DNA from: Macrostomum lignano
Taxonomy: Eukaryota
Assembly (NCBI GenBank): GCA_002269645.1
Contig: NIVC01000326.1
Location: forward strand, 310,001 to 374,000
DNA: 64,000 nucleotides
Direction: 5' to 3'
The position numbers and the translations under genes are program-made. Below, one piece after another: positions 43,301-57,112 of the stretch (within the stretch, counting starts at the first letter, position 1; each line of letters begins with the position of its first letter). The notes beneath the pieces are model-generated. The model ran no database searches. It had not been told where the DNA came from and saw only the letters and a program-made list of their open reading frames with translations.

Positions 43301-45590
43301 GATCGGCTTCTTTGCAAGTACTCCAAATGCATGATAGCATCCAGATCATTTGTGGTGATTTCTGTGGACACATTTCGGCTTTCACTAACTGAGTCTGGGC
43401 ACCCACCTGCCATATTTGAGTCATGTATATATGTCCAGTTACGTAGATAAAAGGCACTTTTAACAGAAATGGCAGAGTTAAATGGACTTTTGGGTGTTCA
43501 GATCGGCTTCTTTGCAAGTACTCCAAATGCATGATAGCATCCAGATCATTTGTGGTGATTTCTGTGGACACATTTCGGCTTTCACTAACTGAGTCTGGGC
43601 ACCCACCTGCCATATTTGAGTCATGTATATATGTCCAGTTACGTAGATAAAAGGCACTTTTAACAGAAATGGCAGAGTTAAATGGACTTTTGGGTGTTCA
43701 GATCGGCTTCTTTGCAAGTACTCCAAATGCATGATAGCATCCAGATCATTTGTGGTGATTTCTGTGGACACATTTCGGCTTTCACTAACTGAGTCTGGGC
43801 ACCCACCTGCCATATTTGAGTCATGTATATATGTCCAGTTACGTAGATAAAAGGCACTTTTAACAGAAATGGCAGAGTTAAATGGACTTTTGGGTGTTCA
43901 GATCGGCTTCTTTGCAAGTACTCCAAATGCATGATAGCATCCAGATCATTTGTGGTGATTTCTGTGGACACATTTCGGCTTTCACTAACTGAGTCTGGGC
44001 ACCCACCTGCCATATTTGAGTCATGTATATATGTCCAGTTACGTAGATAAAAGGCACTTTTAACAGAAATGGCAGAGTTAAATGGACTTTTGGGTGTTCA
44101 GATCGGCTTCTTTGCAAGTACTCCAAATGCATGATAGCATCCAGATCATTTGTGGTGATTTCTGTGGACACATTTCGGCTTTCACTAACTGAGTCTGGGC
44201 ACCCACCTGCCATATTTGAGTCATGTATATATGTCCAGTTACGTAGATAAAAGGCACTTTTAACAGAAATGGCAGAGTTAAATGGACTTTTGGGTGTTCA
44301 GATCGGCTTCTTTGCAAGTACTCCAAATGCATGATAGCATCCAGATCATTTGTGGTGATTTCTGTGGACACATTTCGGCTTTCACTAACTGAGTCTGGGC
44401 ACCCACCTGCCATATTTGAGTCATGTATATATGTCCAGTTACGTAGATAAAAGGCACTTTTAACAGAAATGGCAGAGTTAAATGGACTTTTGGGTGTTCA
44501 GATCGGCTTCTTTGCAAGTACTCCAAATGCATGATAGCATCCAGATCATTTGTGGTGATTTCTGTGGACACATTTCGGCTTTCACTAACTGAGTCTGGGC
44601 ACCCACCTGCCATATTTGAGTCATGTATATATGTCCAGTTACGTAGATAAAAGGCACTTTTAACAGAAATGGCAGAGTTAAATGGACTTTTGGGTGTTCA
44701 GATCGGCTTCTTTGCAAGTACTCCAAATGCATGATAGCATCCAGATCATTTGTGGTGATTTCTGTGGACACATTTCGGCTTTCACTAACTGAGTCTGGGC
44801 ACCCACCTGCCATATTTGAGTCATGTATATATGTCCAGTTACGTAGATAAAAGGCACTTTTAACAGAAATGGCAGAGTTAAATGGACTTTTGGGTGTTCA
44901 GATCGGCTTCTTTGCAAGTACTCCAAATGCATGATAGCATCCAGATCATTTGTGGTGATTTCTGTGGACACATTTCGGCTTTCACTAACTGAGTCTGGGC
45001 ACCCACCTGCCATATTTGAGTCATGTATATATGTCCAGTTACGTAGATAAAAGGCACTTTTAACAGAAATGGCAGAGTTAAATGGACTTTTGGGTGTTCA
45101 GATCGGCTTCTTTGCAAGTACTCCAAATGCATGATAGCATCCAGATCATTTGTGGTGATTTCTGTGGACACATTTCGGCTTTCACTAACTGAGTCTGGGC
45201 ACCCACCTGCCATATTTGAGTCATGTATATATGTCCAGTTACGTAGATAAAAGGCACTTTTAACAGAAATGGCAGAGTTAAATGGACTTTTGGGTGTTCA
45301 GATCGGCTTCTTTGCAAGTACTCCAAATGCATGATAGCATCCAGATCATTTATGGTGATTTCTGTGGACACATTTCGGCTTTCACTAACTGAGTCTGGGC
45401 ACCCACCTGCCATATTTGAGTCATGTATATATGTCCAGTTACGTAGATAAAAGGCACTTTTAACAGAAATGGCAGAGTTAAATGGACTTTTGGGTGTTCA
45501 GATCGGCTTCTTTGCAAGTACTCCAAATGCATGATAGCATCCAGATCATTTGTGGTGATTTCTGTGGACACATTTCGGCTTTCATCATCT
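34350..45590. repeat. 200-bp tandem satellite, ~56 copies, almost invariant
   Basis: The period is exactly 200 bp (the ORF track repeats every 200 nt). Unit: tttgtggtgatttctgtggacacatttcggctttcactaactgagtctgggc...catgatagcatccagatca. The only internal variants seen are at 35011 and 45352. Confidence 0.99.
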
Positions 45591-46679
45591 GTATCTGGGC
45601 ATCTACCTGTCGGCCTTGCGTCACTCATGTAAACTGAGGCATTTGAAAACACTCTTCTAGCAGAACTTCAGACATTGGGTAGTGATCTTGGGTAGTACAG
45701 ATTAGATTCCTACCACTTAGTCAACATGAAGAATTTTTACTGTTGTTCGGGTAATTTTGTGGTGATTTCTGTTAACAAATTATGCCAACCCTATTCTCTC
45801 TCCGTATTGCCAGATATTGTGTCATATGAATTTCTTGCGCAAAACACTTGTGTAGTGAGTCGATAGTTTAGTTAGGCGCCGCACTAGTCAGCTGTTTCCC
45901 TCGCCCTCGCCCCAGGTTTCTGTCTGCCGCTGGGCAGTTGCCTGTCCCTTGCCCGTTTGCCTGTCTGTCTGTTTGTCCTCGTTTGCCCCTTTTTGTCTCG
46001 TGTTTTCGTTTTGCAGTGCCCAGACAGCTTGGTCTGGCCTGCCTCTGTTTCGTTCTCTGTTTGGCATCTCCAAATTTGGAGTGCTGTCCTGTTTTCCGGT
46101 CCCAAGGTCACGAGTGCCTTCACTTGTGGGCCCTTTCCCCCCTGTCATGTGAGCCAGTCACATGACAGGGCCTGCTTCCTTCTTTAGTCCAAAGTGCAAT
46201 GATTTATCATTGTACGCTGGGCTTGTGTTTATGGGACATCACGTGCGCCAGGACCCCTGCCTACTGAGGCAGAACCCGCTCGCTTGTTGCTAAAAATAGC
46301 AACAGAGTCACCCATGACTCTCCGCGGGGTCTTTCGTGCTATTGTGGTAGGCCGGTCTACCACTCGGAGGACGACAGCGGTCGCTAGCGCGAACAAGGCG
46401 GTTTTCCATCTACTGACGGACTGACGTCATTGTTTTCATCGGTTGTTCCCTTGACTGTTCCCCTGGTTGTCCCGTCCGTTGCTTCCCTGTTTGCTCCAAT
46501 CGCTGCCCCATCCCTTGTCTGTTTTACTGTGTCCAGCGGCCGGTTTTTCCCCTTTTCCTTTGGGTGCTCCTTTCTCTGTCCCACTCGGTGCCCCACCCCC
46601 TGGGATTAGTCGTGTCCAATACTATTTATACGTTTGTTTTAACCAATTTTGCTCTCATGCTTGTCGTTTCCATGTGTTC

Positions 46680-46917
46680 GCTACTTTACTACTGATAGTA
46701 ACAAACCGAGCATATCGACAGTTTACGAAATTTACGGCGTCTGAGGACCCAATTGAACGACCGTGCCGTTAAAAGACTGCTCGACTGCGAATTACGACTA
46801 CCCTCCCCCAGGAATTGAGGACCCGGCAGACGGAGTATCAAAGGAGAAGCTAAACGCATCAGTTCGTGAAATTTTCCGGCTTTACGAGTGCCGAGACAAC
46901 ACAGGCAGCAATTTAAA
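46680..46917 (+). repeat. Dispersed repeat, CpG-intact copy (paralog at 51267-51503)
   Basis: Colinear hand alignment over ~235 bp with 51267-51503. Confidence 0.9.
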
Positions 46918-47756
46918 GTTTAACCGCCCCATCTCATTGGTGTCAGCAACTGACCGATTTCAAAGTTTATTTTCTTCTCCGCCCCTACCTCACTATGGTG
47001 CAAACGATTCTCCCTATAGATGCAGCCCCTCTCATGGCTTGGCTCAGACAAGCGTTTATCTGCCTCTCTATTTCAACCAGTCTCCGAGATTCCCTTCAGC
47101 CCAAGGCTTTCAGTTGTGTGCAGGTTTGATCTTTGCTCCTGCTATGAATTAGCAGGCCAGCTTAGATCGCCCGAAGCTAGCACCATCGCTCTAACCCCGC
47201 ACTAGCCCGGCAGGGACTGCTGACTGCGGACACCTCTGCTCAAGAACTGCTAAATCTGCACGAAGTGCGAGTCTGTCTCTCTCGTCTTAGTTATTTGCTT
47301 ATACGAGCTCAGCACCTCACCGAAGGCTGCGACTCTGCGAAGCTGGTGGCAGCACTACCTACGCTACGAGAACTAAGAAACCACCGACCAGAGGTCATCG
47401 CCCAGCGCTAGGAGATCAGCCAGACCATCCCGAGACAACCCGAGACGGCCCTCAGCACTCCATTGGTGGCAGCGCCTCTATCGGATCGGAAGCTTCTAGT
47501 CAAGAACCACAGGCAAGAGCAAGTACTTCACTGGTGGCAGCGGTGGGATTTCAAGACCTACCAGGCCATCTCCAGACCAACTAGACACCTGTACTTCACT
47601 TGCCTTTTCTGTCTTCTGATTCTTTTATCTTTTGCTTTGTACTTCATTATTCGTTTTCCAGGGCGGAGATTAAGGGTCAACACGACAGTGAATTTATTTC
47701 TGACGGCTCATTCAGGCCAGCGTCAACAATTCTTCCAACGGAGTATCCACTCAACG

Positions 47757-48127
47757 CTGCTAACGTCGTTTCTTCAGGTTCTCGCCGCTTGTCGCCAACA
47801 GTACAAGACAAGCCTCGACGCGATGCGATGCGGCTGCTAACGTCGTTTCTTCAGGTTCTCGCCGCTTGTCGCCAACAGTACAAGACAAGCCTCGACGCGA
47901 TGCGATGCGGCTGCTAACGTCGTTTCTTCAGGTTCTCGCCGCTTGTCGCCAACAGTACAAGACAAGCCTCGACGCGATGCGGCTGATGACGTCGTTTCTT
48001 CAGGTTCTCGCCGCTTGTCGCCAACAGTACAAGACAAGCCTCGACGCGATGCGGCTGCTAACGTCGCTTCCTCAAGTTCTCGCCGCTTGTCGCCAACAGT
48101 ACAAGACAAGCCTCGACGCGATGCGGC
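47757..48127. repeat. 72/77-bp tandem repeat, 5 copies
   Basis: Units start at 47757, 47834, 47911, 47983 and 48055. The first two carry an extra GCGAT. Confidence 0.95.
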
Positions 48128-49188
48128 TGTGAACGTGTTTCAAAGTTCTGTCTCATCCATGAAGGCCAAAAAACTGCTGTAAGAGAATCGAGCAGTGCGT
48201 CCTTCGAGGCAAAGCCACGTTCTTCTTTTTCTAAAGGCAAATCCGCCGTAATTGCTGATCCCAACGAGAGCCCGGTCTGCTCCGACGACGAGTGCTGACG
48301 AGTGCGGCGGCTCAGATGACGATGTGGCTAGTCCAGCACACAAAAGAGTAAGCACGGTCAGCTTTACCTCTCCAGCACGTGGTAATTCCCGACGACGGAG
48401 TGCTGACGACAGCCGCAGGTCAGATGCCGACGTGGCTAATCTAGCAAAGAAAAAGCCAGCCTAGTCAGCGTAGTCCTTCGGACATGCGGCAATTCCCAAA
48501 GTGAAGAAATTCTAAAAAAGGCGGAGGGCATCCATTGGGAAGATGGACTCGAGCATTGGGCAAAAAATCAATTTGATAATCAAAGAGCTGTTGACAAACA
48601 ACGGACCAAAGAGCAGGAGCCCAGTTAAGCCAAGTAAGCGGGCTTACTCATCGCATGTGAAAACTCACGCGACCCTGAGAGGATTTACCGCAGAACAGCG
48701 ACGCGAAGTCAACGACCAAATGAACAGCTTCATCAATATGTGGAAGAGTCATTTCGAGCGTGCCAAGAAATAATCTATCGACCACAGTTGTGCTTAACTT
48801 CCATCGTGTCACTTCATTTCTTTACTTGTCGTGACATTCCATTGTGAATTTGTGAATATCTTCACTTCGGGAATTTAATGAGTCTGACTTGTCCCAGCCA
48901 TGTGTGCTGACTTTTCTGTCATCATATAATTCGCAGCTTTGTGTTTTTGGGTTTGTCTATTTACTCATATTTGTCTATTTGTTCATTCTTTGTTGTCCCC
49001 TCCAACCTGCTCTGTCCCCTCTAACCTGCCAATTTGCTCGTCCTTTGAAAACTATGTTTTACTATTAGTAAGCTATACTCAAGTGTATATTAAAGCATTT
49101 TTTAATACTGGAAGTCCATTTATTACTTCATTTTTAAGAATTTTGTGGTGCTTTGTGCATGTTTAATAATGCTATATACCATGCTTGG

Positions 49189-49344
49189 GCGCAACCTAGG
49201 GATTCACCCGGCCGCCTCTATTGACAACACACACATGTAAGTCGCTATTGGACGGAATAGTAGTCACGTGACTGCTCTCAGCCAATAGCGACTTACATGC
49301 GTGTGTTGCCAATAGAAACGGCCGAGTGATTCCCAAGGTTGCGC
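49189..49344. mobile_element. Fold-back / MITE-like inverted repeat
   Basis: ~63-bp arms (gcgcaacctagggattcacccggccg...gtcgctattgg and its near-perfect reverse complement) around a 30-nt spacer containing AGTCACGTGACT. The sequence gctatatac is repeated on both flanks (49171, 49351). Confidence 0.75.
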
Positions 49345-51266
49345 ATGTAAGCTATATACAATTACTTTGTACTTTTCTGCTTCATTTCATTTCTATTCAA
49401 TTTATAGCTATACTCCTACAATCTCTTAGTATATATTTCTAGAGTGTGTATTTCTAGAGTATGTACTCTTATAGTTGTTTTTTATAACTACATATGCCTA
49501 AGATCTTACTTCTCTTCTATTCCTCTTTGGTTGAAAAAAGGCTCTTCGAACTCTTTAGGAAAGATAGGCTAAGTTGTGTGACTTTTACTGCAATTTTTAA
49601 CTAACATTCTTTCCAATTCTATTCACTTTCAGCTTTCCTGCTTCTCCAAAATACATTTTAAAAGCAGCACACACCAGAGAGAGATGAAACAGCTTTGTGA
49701 ATTTGAAGAGCACCTTGACTTTGAGGACTGGGAGGATTGGAGCTACCTTTAAAGATTCTCCAGCTTAGTGAGAACACGTAAGGCGACACAACATTCCCTA
49801 ATTCATGCTGATTTTATTGATATTCAGTTGAATGATGGTACATATAGTTGTATATGGAAGTTGATTCTAAACCAAAGCAATAATACATGACTTCATTTTA
49901 TATAGAAGGCCATCGCCGACAACCCTAGATGCTGCGTTGTTGACTTCAATGACTCCAATGACCCTGCTGACTATCCTGTCTGCCATGGAAAGCTTTGATA
50001 TCAGCATATAGAGACTTGGAGAGATCTAATATACAATATACAAATATATACAAATTGGTGTACAAAAAGGCTTGGCAAACCTATTGGTATATAGTTTGGC
50101 TGCTTGGCATATAAATAGTGGGTAGTCGGGTAGACAAAGTTCCAAGTCCTTATCAATGTTCCAATGTACATAGTTAGTGTACAAAAAATGAATAAGTTCA
50201 AGCTTGGTAGTCTCCATAGTTTGGATTGTGTATTAGTGTATGCCAGGACTAGTAGAAGAAAAGTAGCCTATATGACCACATTTGTACACTGGGACAAAAA
50301 ATGTTTTCAACTATGTATACCTAAGTTGTACACATTTTTCCTTCTTTGAATTCATTATTTATGCAGATTAACAAACTTAAAATTATACACTTTTGCAATG
50401 TGCATGGAGAAAAGACAATTATAAAATAAAATACTTTTTATTTGCTAAAAATAGGAGAGAAAAAAAAGTTTTTTTATGGCAAAAAGTTAAAATTTTTTTA
50501 TTATTCTGTGCTCCATGTTGATAGTGTTGCATGTAGCTTAATTTACATAAAGTCACTTTAATTGATTCTAACATGTATGTAGCTATGCCACAGATATAAG
50601 CCAAAAATTTTCTATTATTATATACATTGAGATGCATGCTGATGTACACTGAAAAATAGCAAGTACCCTTGTTGTATACCACGATTTCATGATATACATG
50701 TTGCCTTCCAAACTATGGGGTAGTCTATGTGTCTATGTGCATAGATAGAATAACTAAATTTTGATCAAAAATAAAAAAATATCAAAAAGAAATTATGTTT
50801 AACTTTTCTAATAATATAATTCTATAATCTAAAATACATGTAATTAAAATAAATTGATTCTGACTAAAGTCATAGTTAAGTAAATATTAATAATTTTTAA
50901 TTATCTTTTTTATAAAGATTAAAATGTTATGAGCCTAAAATATTGATTGTCATTTTTTATCTTTTATTTGGCATATTTATTTTCATTTGTAATAAAAGTC
51001 TAATAGCATATATTAGTATACAATATAGGAGCTAAGGAAGTAATTTTCATTATTACCAGGTATTATTATTTGTTTATATTGCGCAAATAATAATAACAAC
51101 AAGCTACAGCCTAAATTTATTCATTTATTCAGTTGTTCCTAATCAAAGCCTTTTAGTCTCTATTGAGTCATTTGCCCACGGGGTGTAGAATAACCAATTA
51201 GTCTCAACTCAAAGAAAGCTCTGAGACCTCTATCATTCCATAATACGAAATTACGCTGGTGGCAAT

Positions 51267-51503
51267 GCTACTTTGCTACTAAGAGTAACAAACTGAGCAT
51301 ATCAACAGATCACAAATTTTACAGTGTCTGAGGACCAATTTGGAACAACTGTGCCACTAAAAGACTATTCAACTGCAATTACAACTACCTTCCCCCAGAA
51401 TTAAGGACCCGGCAGATGGAGTATCAAGGAGAAGTTAAAACACATCTATTTGTGAAATTTTCTAGCTTAACAAGTGCCAAGACAACACAGGCGGCAGTTC
51501 AAA
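51267..51503 (+). repeat. Dispersed repeat, CpG-decayed copy of 46680-46917
   Basis: Same alignment. The differences are concentrated at CpG positions. Confidence 0.9.
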
Positions 51504-53369
51504 CATGAAATCTACCTGCCTAACTGGTGTTAGCAACCTATTACCAGTGTTCAAACTGCCAAAGACACCATAATAATTTTTTCTCTGCCCCCACCTCAAT
51601 AGCTTATATAATGTGTTCTAAAAAATAAATTTTATGAACCAAAGTTGACAACTATATTGGCTTAGTCATACTAAGAAAGAATATTTTGTAAATGCTGACT
51701 GAAATTAAAAATTATGGTCAAGTCTGTCAAGTGTCAATTTGAATTTTTTTAATTAATGTCTAGAGGTGGAGGTGGGGAAGAACAGAGATGAGCAAGTGGG
51801 CAATCGAGCACAGCAAGGCAGGCCCCAAAGCAAGTAGGGCCCGCATTTTTCAAGTATATTGTGGCAAAAATGATAAATTTGAAGCAGCAGCAGTGCCCTC
51901 TTGCGTTAAGCTGAGCAATGTATATTAAAACATATGGGTATTGAGTCAGAGCACATATGTACAGCGCGTAAAAGCAAGCACAAGTACAAGGTCGGGGCGA
52001 TAAAAAAGGGGGGCAGCGAGGCAGGTTGCTCAGCCATTAAAAACGGCTAAAGCCCACTTGCTTTACCCGCCCAGAAAACCAATTTAGCTACCACTCAAAA
52101 ATATTAAACCTAACCTATTTGTGCCCTAGTGACATACCATTAAGCACGTAGCCACGTAATTGTAGGGGCCTAAGGCTAGCCCTCCTTTACAACCCTATTT
52201 TTTTCATTACGTTTCTTTGATAACTAAACAAAAATACAAGAAATAAATTCAACAAAAAACTAATGAATTCTTCAGCTAAGAAAAGGAACATATAATGCAA
52301 CAGCTTTTTTCAGACGACTTAAAGGAAGAAAACTAACAATACCTGAGAGGTTTTGGCCTTTAAAATGTCAAATGATTTGTCGAACAAAGAACCAAGCGCG
52401 GAAATGAACGCGGTAGCAATCTTGCTTTCCTGGAAAATATAAGAACACGAAAAAACTGAAAAGAAAAAATAGCTATTTTTCCTACTAGTTATTGTCTCTT
52501 TTTTAAAAATTAACTGTTTCTTCAATATATATCTAGTGATTTTTAATCTTCAGTTTACGACATTTTATGTTCCTTAAAGAAATTGTTATTTTATTGTAAT
52601 ACTTTTTACCGGCTTTCTGTACTTTCTTTCAATACTTTCTATGCCAGATTCATGTAAAGTGTTTCAAATCAGTATTACTGTAAAGCAATCATGCAACAAA
52701 ATTTCCCTATGCATGTCTGCAACCTGCCAGTTTTTATCGTTCCAAAATTAGAAAACCGGTCTTAAAACTAATCTAGTTCGTCTTACTTTTCATCTTAACT
52801 TTGCTTGTTATCTTCTATTGAAGAGCTTGTTGACTTCGATATAAATACGAAAGTTTTAATTAGTCTCAACTATTAATGTATCGATCGAGGACTCATTTTC
52901 TGTAGTTTAACTACCCGTATATAGTTAGTGGCACAAGCCCATGAACTGAAAATCAATCTTCTTCTTTTAGCAGTTTTCTGAACACTTTCATATGCTTTTC
53001 ATACATGTACGTACATGTATTTCTGTATAACATCCTCTTGAAAAAAATCCTGGCTTCGCCACCTTCATCTTCATGTAACTATAATTTGCTGACGTTTAGT
53101 TTGATACACATGACTTAATTATTGAGCTTAATCGTCTTATGAGTACTTTATTACGAGAAAAGATCAATCCGAATAGATACTCAGTCACACTGAGCATACT
53201 TCAATAACATTTAACAATACGATTCATATTATATTGGACTGCATGGTTTATGCCAGTTTTTAAATTCGCATTAGGAGTTTAGAATGGAGTTTTCTCAAAC
53301 TTCTAATGCTAAACTAACAGCTCCAGCTTTCCCGCCAAAGAATTATCGCTCGCCCGAAACAAAACCTTT

Positions 53370-54576
53370 GTAGAGTGTTCTACCTCCCGTAAGAAGACAT
53401 AAAAGTGTTAATGTACTACTCACACATTTTATTTAGTAGTAAATTGAAGAGCATGAATAAAGGTATGCTTTGAACTATAAGTATATTCGGACTAACCAAT
53501 AGGAAGAGAGAGACCTCGAGCATGCTAATTTTAGAAATCACCCAATCACGTGCGACCAACAACTGTCAATTCAAACCCCACCTTCAAGTCATCATTTTGT
53601 TTGCACTCGGGTTGCACCCGGATGAACCAATCAAAGTCTACCAGCTACGGTAACCAATCATGCGCTTTTACAGTAGACTAGTTGCGCAACTTTCTACCCT
53701 GTCATGCTTGACAGCCACCGAATCGTGACCCTTTGACATTTGCGAAGACAGTGATGTACGACCTCGAGAGAGGTCTGAACGCCTATAAATACAAGTGGTC
53801 CGGAACGGACCCGGAGCCAGAAAATCTCCAAGGGAGAGAAGCTCCGAAGAGGAAGCTCTAGTGAAGCCTTCCTGAAGAAACTCGCGTCGTGGACGAGTTC
53901 TTGCGGTAAGCCTTACTCATTTGCGCCCGTTGGTTGAGACGTCTCGCTCAATTCTATTGAGACTTGAGTTTATTTGAGTCTGCTGAGACTCTTGAGTCTG
54001 TTTAGACTCCACTGGTTGCAGTCTCCAGAAGGACTGCCCCTGATAGATCTTAGAAGACTATCAGTGGTTTCCGGAGCCATACCTAGAGTGCATAGAGGCA
54101 CTACTAGAAGGAGTAGGCTTATATTAAACCGCAGTTTGGCGCAGGGATCCCCATTGTTAATTTGGAAGCTTCCGATTGGTCCGAACTACAGATACCGGCC
54201 GGCAAGAAGTCAAGAGGACAAAGGAGATAACGGACCAGATCAACTGTTACCAGGCGCCTAAACTTCCTGAAGGACAGGAAAGTTACTGATCGCGATACTA
54301 CGGACGAGGATTATTACGAGAGCTCTCATTTAAGGACTCAAAGGTAATTGAATACCTTCATTTGATTACTGGGTTGCCTAGCTACAGAGCTAGAAGTGAT
54401 TGTTCCTTGATTACAGTTGAGGACTGGTAATAAGGAACACATCACCTTGCCTGCTTGTAAGTCGGTGATTAATTCCATCTTTTTCCCCAACCGCGAAGTG
54501 GCAGAAGTTGGGCAGGTCAAATTAATTGAAAGGCCGCGTCCGATCCCGAAAATTCCAATAAATCAGACCTCACACA
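53370..54576 (+). mobile_element. Possible LTR-like or promoter module
   Basis: CCAAT boxes at 53542, 53627 and 53654, TATAAATA at 53784, donor-like GTAAGC at 53906, and AATAAA at 54557 followed by ...CCTCACACA. No partner LTR, PBS or TSD was found. Confidence 0.3.
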
Positions 54577-54867
54577 GGGGAGCCGACTGAGACCGACGAA
54601 GCAATATGCGAATTTTTCCCACCGCGGAATTCCTAAGTCAAGGGTGGCGCAGCTGTGTGAAGTCAGTCTGAGCACCGCAGCATACCGGCAGGCCGAGAAG
54701 GGGCAGTTCGCACGCATCAATCAAGCAATCGACCCCAGCCGTCAGATGGGGGTTGACCGCAGAAAAATATGGACTTTGACCAGCTGCGGGAGTGTGAAAT
54801 GAGTCCAGTCAGTGAGTCAACGCACGGGAATTCGCCAGCTCTTTCACACCTGCATTTGCTAACTGAA

Positions 54868-55785
<918 letters not shown>

Positions 55786-56164
55786 ATTTATCTGTATCTA
55801 TCTGTCTATCTCCCATTTTTGCCTTAATTCCCTCCCACAGCCAGCGCACCCTGCGCTCTCCGAAGCAGCACAACAGAGGCAGTGCAGGAATAATTAATGC
55901 TGAAATCAGGGCAGCTGTAAAAGGAGCTGCACTAAGCAAATGTTTACACAGTAAAACCTGACCGATTCTGCGCAAAGAAACTCGGGAAGCTTTTGCGTTT
56001 CGCTTGCATGCTTCGCTGCATGTTTTTTACTGCGCAATAAGTTTATTTTTTGCATTTTTAAGTCGGTGTCAGGTTAAAGATGCAGGCCTGCCCGTTGGAA
56101 GCCACTCGTAAGTTATAAAGTGTGGCTAAAAGGCATCGGATCTGACTTAAAACCAATGCATCCG

Positions 56165-56712
<548 letters not shown>

Positions 56713-57112
56713 CATAAACAGACATGTCTATAAGCAGTACTGGCTAAAAACGCATACTGTACATTCACACATAATTCATAATGTAACTACTGATTCAATT
56801 AAAACCATATTTAGAAAATTATTGGCAATCTGATAATGAACGCACTGTACAAAAATGGACTTAAGGCTTCGCAGCCAATGACTTCCCGGCACTTAAGAAT
56901 CCCCCTGCTGCCCCCAGTCCCAGCCCAGCCAATGGCGCAGGCGCCAGACCGGCGCCGACAAAAGCGCGCCGAGAATGGAACAGAAGGCCCGGACAGACAC
57001 TGCTGCCTATTTTGGACGCAGGAGCGCCGGCCAGAGCTCAGAATCTTTGCGGCAGCGGAGAGCCAGCGGACAAGCGCACCGAGTGAGAGGCTGGCAGGCG
57101 GCACTCCGCGGC

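Noticed and set aside
34314-45652. Dozens of identical 111-aa ORFs (MAGGCPDSVSES…) as a tandem gene array
   Set aside because: They arise from the 200-bp period, which is not a multiple of 3. Each ORF spans 1.7 units and changes frame, and no recognisable domain is present.
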